From Vulcanimicrobiaceae bacterium (GTDB taxonomy: Bacteria > Vulcanimicrobiota > Vulcanimicrobiia > Vulcanimicrobiales > Vulcanimicrobiaceae): a stretch of 47,153 nucleotides of DNA. How positions within the stretch are numbered: the first letter of the stretch is position 1; the number at the start of each line of letters is the position of its first letter. Below, piece after piece: positions 43,714 to 47,153 of the stretch. The notes under the pieces were generated by a model, which was given only the letters and a program-made list of their open reading frames with translations, made no database searches and was not told the origin of the DNA. Location: positions 1-47,153 of the forward strand of contig DAISWS010000004.1 in NCBI GenBank assembly GCA_036826275.1. The letters run 5' to 3'. The position numbers and the translations under genes were made by a program.

Positions 43714-44468
43714 GCGCGATGACCGCAATCGTGCTGGCCGGTGGTCCGCACGACGAGCTGGCCGCACGAACGCCGGGCGCTCCGAACAAAGCGTTCGTCG
43801 AGATCCGCGGCATCACGCTGGTCGAGCGCACGCTGCGCGCGCTGCGTTCCGCGCCGTCGGTCGGCCGCATCATCGTGGTCGCACCGCCGCAGACGCACGG
43901 CACGCCGGCGCTTGCGCTCGCGGACGAATGCCGGACGGACGGCGAGCGCATTCGGGATAGTTTGCGCAGCGGGTTACGGGATTTGCCGGCGGACGAAGAG
44001 ATTCTCGTCAGCACGTCGGACTTGCCCGTGCTGACCGTCGAATCGATCGAAGATTATATTGCGCGCGCGAGCGCAGCACACGCCGATCTCACGTATGGCT
44101 GCCTCGAAAAGCGCACGCACGTGGCGAAATATCCACAGGTGCCGCATACGTGGGCTCCGCTCCGGGACGGAACCTACTGCGGGACCGGTTTTATCACGAT
44201 GCGGCCGCGCGTGTTTCCGTCGCTGGAGCGCTTCATCGAACAGCTCGGCCAAGCGCGCAAAAATCCGCTGCGGCTTGCGCGCCTATTCGGTATGGACGTG
44301 CTCCTGCGCTTTGCGTTCCGGCGTCTTTCCATCGAGCAAGCGCAGTCGCGCGCATCACGAGTTATCGGCGCCCCGGTTCGCGCGGTCGTCAGCCCCTATG
44401 CGGAGATCGGCGTGAATGTCGACCGCCTCAGCGATATTGCGCTTGCGGAAAGCCTGCTCGCCGGCTAA
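43710..44468 (+). CDS. MobA-like NTP-transferase family protein
   Basis: AIVLAGGPHDEL....NKAFVEIRGITLVERTLRAL. GTG 43710 overlaps the ispE TGA as GTGA. Substrate unknown. Confidence 0.6.
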   Translation: MSAMTAIVLAGGPHDELAARTPGAPNKAFVEIRGITLVERTLRALRSAPSVGRIIVVAPPQTHGTPALALADECRTDGERIRDSLRSGLRDLPADEEILVSTSDLPVLTVESIEDYIARASAAHADLTYGCLEKRTHVAKYPQVPHTWAPLRDGTYCGTGFITMRPRVFPSLERFIEQLGQARKNPLRLARLFGMDVLLRFAFRRLSIEQAQSRASRVIGAPVRAVVSPYAEIGVNVDRLSDIALAESLLAG

Positions 44469-45040
44469 CTGCCGGCCGGCCCGGGCGTTTGCCAGCGCTT
44501 GAAAAGCGCGTGCTGGATCCCGAATTGGTCGAGTGCCTTGCCGACGGTGTGGTTGACGATGTCGTCCACGGTCTGCGGCTTGGCATACATGGCGGGCATC
44601 GGCGGCAAAATCACCGCACCGATCTCCGCCAGCTGCGTCAACGTGCGCAAGTGTCCCAGGTGCAGCGGCGTCTCCCGGACGACGAGGACGAGCTTACGCC
44701 GTTCTTTGAGACAGACGTCGGCGGAGCGAACGAGCAGGTTCGAGTTGAGCGAGTACGCAATCGCGGCTGCGCTCTTGATCGAGCACGGTATCACGAGCAT
44801 TCCGTCCGTGAGGAACGAGCCGCTCGAAACGGCGGCAGCCAAATCGTCGTCGCGGTACACGACGGCCGCGAGCGCTTCGAAATCGCGCACGCTCCTGTCG
44901 GTCTCCAATTCAATCGTGCGGCGTGCCTGATCGCTCAGGACCAGGTGCGTCTCGATGCCGGCGTGCCGCAGGGCCTCGAGCGCACGGTAACCATAAAGAC
45001 TTCCGCTCGCCCCACTGATGCCGACGACGATCCGACGCAT
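44465..45040 (-). CDS. ubiX: Flavin prenyltransferase UbiX
   Basis: Start at MRRIVVGISGASG (ATG 45040) inside listed ORF 44465..45229. Contains PCSIKS, LVVRETPLHLGHL and PPMPAMY. Confidence 0.9.
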   Translation of the reverse strand: MRRIVVGISGASGSLYGYRALEALRHAGIETHLVLSDQARRTIELETDRSVRDFEALAAVVYRDDDLAAAVSSGSFLTDGMLVIPCSIKSAAAIAYSLNSNLLVRSADVCLKERRKLVLVVRETPLHLGHLRTLTQLAEIGAVILPPMPAMYAKPQTVDDIVNHTVGKALDQFGIQHALFKRWQTPGPAGS

Positions 45041-45099
45041 GGTTGCGCCGTTACACGTAGACGGCAGGGTCGCCTCCATCGCTTTCCCAACCTTGCTAG

Positions 45100-46329
45100 G
45101 TGCAATCTGCGGAGCATCGCGCTTTTCTCGCGGCGGCAGCCGCGTGGCGCGCGTCCGGCGATGAAACGCATGCGGCGCGCATGTTGCTTTCGCCGCTGTC
45201 GGGTGTCCCCCATGAAGTTGCCGGCGCATACGTCACGCTGGCCGCGCGGCAACGCTCGCTGCTCGACCTCATCGCGCGTGAACGCATCGCCTGCGGCATG
45301 GAAGACCGTGAGACGCTGCTGCGTTTCACCGCCGCCCTGCGCAGTTCGTCGTTTTCTTTCGACGGTCCGGAGCTTACCGCAAGCGCAGCAGCCGATGAAC
45401 CATTCGCGCTCATCGAGCCTGTAGCGAAAGAGCCCGGTACGGGAATTCGCACGCACAATCCGCGGTTCAGCGCATCACAACTCAATACGTACGTCGAGTG
45501 CGCGCGCAAGTGGTATTACCGCTACCTGTGCGCGGCTATCGAGGATCGCGGGTCGTCGGCCTCGTTCTACGGTACGGCATTCCATGCGGCGCTCGAAGAT
45601 CTGCACACCGCGTATCCGCAACCCGGTGCGGTGCAACCTGCCGAGTTGGATCGCAAGCTCGAAGGCTACGTCAATGCCGCATTCGACCGTCACCGCTCGC
45701 TGTTCGACACGCCAGTCGAATACGAATTGCAGCGCAGGCGCGCTCTGCGCACGGCGCGCAAATACGTCGAGTGGCTCCTCGCCGAATCCAAGCGCGCGCC
45801 GTTTACCGTAATCGGCTGCGAGCTGGGCGCGGCCATGCAGATCGACGGCTACGATTTCATCGGCTACATCGACCGGCTCGATCGCGACGATCGCACCGGG
45901 ACGGTAACCGTCATCGATTATAAAACGGGCTCGATCGCCATGAGCGCCGCCGAGTACCGCGAAAAAGTGCGGCAATTCAAAGATTTTCAATTGCCGTTCT
46001 ATTACTGGGCACGCACGGAAGCCGGCGATCGCGTTTCGCGTCTTGCGCTCGTGCCGCTCAAGGACGCATTGCTCGACGTGCGCCCGATCGTTTTGGAAGT
46101 CGTGGCGGGCCCCGCGGACGTAGCCCGCTCGCAAAGCCCGACGGGCGTCATCCCGATCGCGGAACTCGAGCGCGCGCGCGAGCGAATGCTGGAACTGTGC
46201 GCGGAACTGACGTGCGGTACTGCGGACGCCTTTGCGGTCGCAGACGATCCGGCAGCGTGTCAGTACTGCGCGTACACGACGGCGTGCGCCGGGCGGCCGT
46301 ATCCCGAAGAAGAACGATTCGCACGATGA
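45100..46329 (+). CDS. Stand-alone PD-(D/E)XK nuclease with AddB/Cas4-type iron-sulfur staple
   Basis: FSASQLNTYVECARKWYY (first Cys), GYIDRLD....VIDYKTGS (D..D/ExK) and QLPFYYWA. The C-terminal CQYCAYTTAC is C-x2-C-x5-C. The protein is only 409 aa and has no P-loop domain. Confidence 0.75.
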   Translation: MQSAEHRAFLAAAAAWRASGDETHAARMLLSPLSGVPHEVAGAYVTLAARQRSLLDLIARERIACGMEDRETLLRFTAALRSSSFSFDGPELTASAAADEPFALIEPVAKEPGTGIRTHNPRFSASQLNTYVECARKWYYRYLCAAIEDRGSSASFYGTAFHAALEDLHTAYPQPGAVQPAELDRKLEGYVNAAFDRHRSLFDTPVEYELQRRRALRTARKYVEWLLAESKRAPFTVIGCELGAAMQIDGYDFIGYIDRLDRDDRTGTVTVIDYKTGSIAMSAAEYREKVRQFKDFQLPFYYWARTEAGDRVSRLALVPLKDALLDVRPIVLEVVAGPADVARSQSPTGVIPIAELERARERMLELCAELTCGTADAFAVADDPAACQYCAYTTACAGRPYPEEERFAR

Positions 46330-47153
46330 CGACCTTCATCGTCGGGCCGGCGGGCAGCGGCAAGACAGCCGAGCTGGCGCGCCGCGCGCTCGACGCGGCG
46401 CAGCGCGAACGCGTGCTCGTCACCTCCGTTTCTTCCGCAGCCCTCGGCTCGCTTCGCGCGTACATCGCCCATGAAAACGTGGCCATCCGCGAACTGCACG
46501 ACATCGCGCTCGAAACATTGCCTGGGGTGGAGCCCATCGACGACGTGCGGGCGGCCGATCTCTTCGCCGAGTCTGCAAAACCGCTGCTCACGCTCGACTG
46601 GCGTGAAATCATCGAAGCGCAGTGGGATCCCGAGGTTCCCGGCCTGCGCTCGCCCGAGCGCTTTTTGAACGCTGCATTCCGCTTGTTCTGCAAACTTCGC
46701 GACGCGCGGATTCCGCCCGAGCAATTTCTGGAGAGCTCGCTGCGCGGGGCAGCGCAATTTTACGCCAAACCACCGAATTTTGCTCACGCGGATCTTCTCT
46801 ATTACACGAAGGATACGTACCGCGATTCGCTGCATGCGGACGGTCCGGAGCTGCAGCGGCAATACCGGCGCGAGATCGATCTCGCGAAAATTCTAGCCAA
46901 GCTCTACCGTTCGTATCTGGATCATCCCGTACGTCAAGGCTGTCTGACTCCACGCGATATTATCGCGCAGGCGGCCGATGCGCTGGGGCGCGACGCCGAG
47001 GCCGCGCGCGCGGTGCGCGATCGCTACCCGCGTCTGTTCGTCGACGACGCGCAAGAGCTGACGATCGGCGAGCTGCAACTGCTGCAGGCGATCTACGGCA
47101 TGGATCTGGACGGCGCGACACTCGCCGGCGATCAGGATTCCGCTACGTCCGCG
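46326..47153 (+). CDS. UvrD/AddA(AddB)-like P-loop helicase, N-terminal part (3' end cut by window edge)
   Basis: Not in the ORF track because it has no stop in the window. The frame is open from ATG 46326 to 47153 (276 codons). Walker A is at residues 6-14 (IVGPAGSGKT), motif II-like is LFVDDAQELT, followed by AGDQDSA. The ATG overlaps the upstream TGA as ATGA. Confidence 0.75.
   Translation, partial: MTTFIVGPAGSGKTAELARRALDAAQRERVLVTSVSSAALGSLRAYIAHENVAIRELHDIALETLPGVEPIDDVRAADLFAESAKPLLTLDWREIIEAQWDPEVPGLRSPERFLNAAFRLFCKLRDARIPPEQFLESSLRGAAQFYAKPPNFAHADLLYYTKDTYRDSLHADGPELQRQYRREIDLAKILAKLYRSYLDHPVRQGCLTPRDIIAQAADALGRDAEAARAVRDRYPRLFVDDAQELTIGELQLLQAIYGMDLDGATLAGDQDSATSA

Noticed and set aside
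44150-45424. 424-aa ORF on the + strand overlapping the NTP-transferase, ubiX and nuclease genes
   Set aside because: It is out of frame or antisense to three genes with clear motifs, is Arg-rich and has no recognisable domain.
1-47153. tRNA, rRNA, tmRNA, RNase P and mobile elements
   Set aside because: None of the few non-coding gaps contains a T-loop (GGTTCGAAT-like) or acceptor pattern. No ORF shows integrase, transposase or phage hallmarks. The inverted repeats that were found lack flanking direct repeats.

Overview
GC-rich, very gene-dense bacterial chromosomal segment with about 46 protein-coding genes. Many adjacent genes have overlapping stop and start codons, and many starts appear to be GTG or TTG. 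All product calls come from motifs read by eye in the supplied translations; no database search was run. The content is mostly core metabolism and DNA maintenance.

Genes on the + strand:
- M19 dipeptidase (5' partial) and a hypothetical protein
- lpdA-lipB-lipA
- an AcrB-type RND pump followed by a predicted beta-barrel outer-membrane protein and an SGNH/GDSL lipoprotein
- a rhodanese
- a DUF151 nuclease and a VOC protein
- MTA phosphorylase plus a membrane protein
- ispE plus an NTP-transferase
- a stand-alone AddB/Cas4-type iron-sulfur nuclease coupled to a UvrD/AddA-like helicase (3' partial; absent from the ORF track because it has no stop in the window)

Genes on the - strand:
- S9 dipeptidyl peptidase and a VIT1 transporter
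- a four-gene coupled unit: MocR regulator, AadA-like nucleotidyltransferase, MutY-like glycosylase, Nth
- gdh, histidine decarboxylase and an ACT protein
- ychF
- a family-5 solute-binding lipoprotein, an FAD monooxygenase and a hypothetical protein
- a long array from 40322 down to 28406: proline-rich anchor protein, pdxS, pdxT, DUF1844, HNH, bioA, bioF, bioD, bioB, Orn/Lys/Arg decarboxylase, R3H ATPase, tmk, holB
- a GDE-like glycosidase and ubiX

I found no rRNA, tRNA, CRISPR array, integrase, transposase or recognisable defence or prophage module.

The signals not explained by the CDS are mainly non-coding:
- a ~200-nt multi-branched hairpin ending in U8 at 28186-28394, with a CCUCCU loop and a + strand-specific G-U pair
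- a ~35-nt motif (CATCATA..GCCATTyCCAAT-hairpin-ATTGGG) present upstream of pdxS and, inverted, between bioB and a PLP-dependent decarboxylase
- three clean intrinsic terminators in an otherwise terminator-poor region
- several convergent gene pairs with zero, one or negative spacing

I cannot demonstrate a clearly novel multi-gene system from sequence alone. The best candidates are listed with modest scores.
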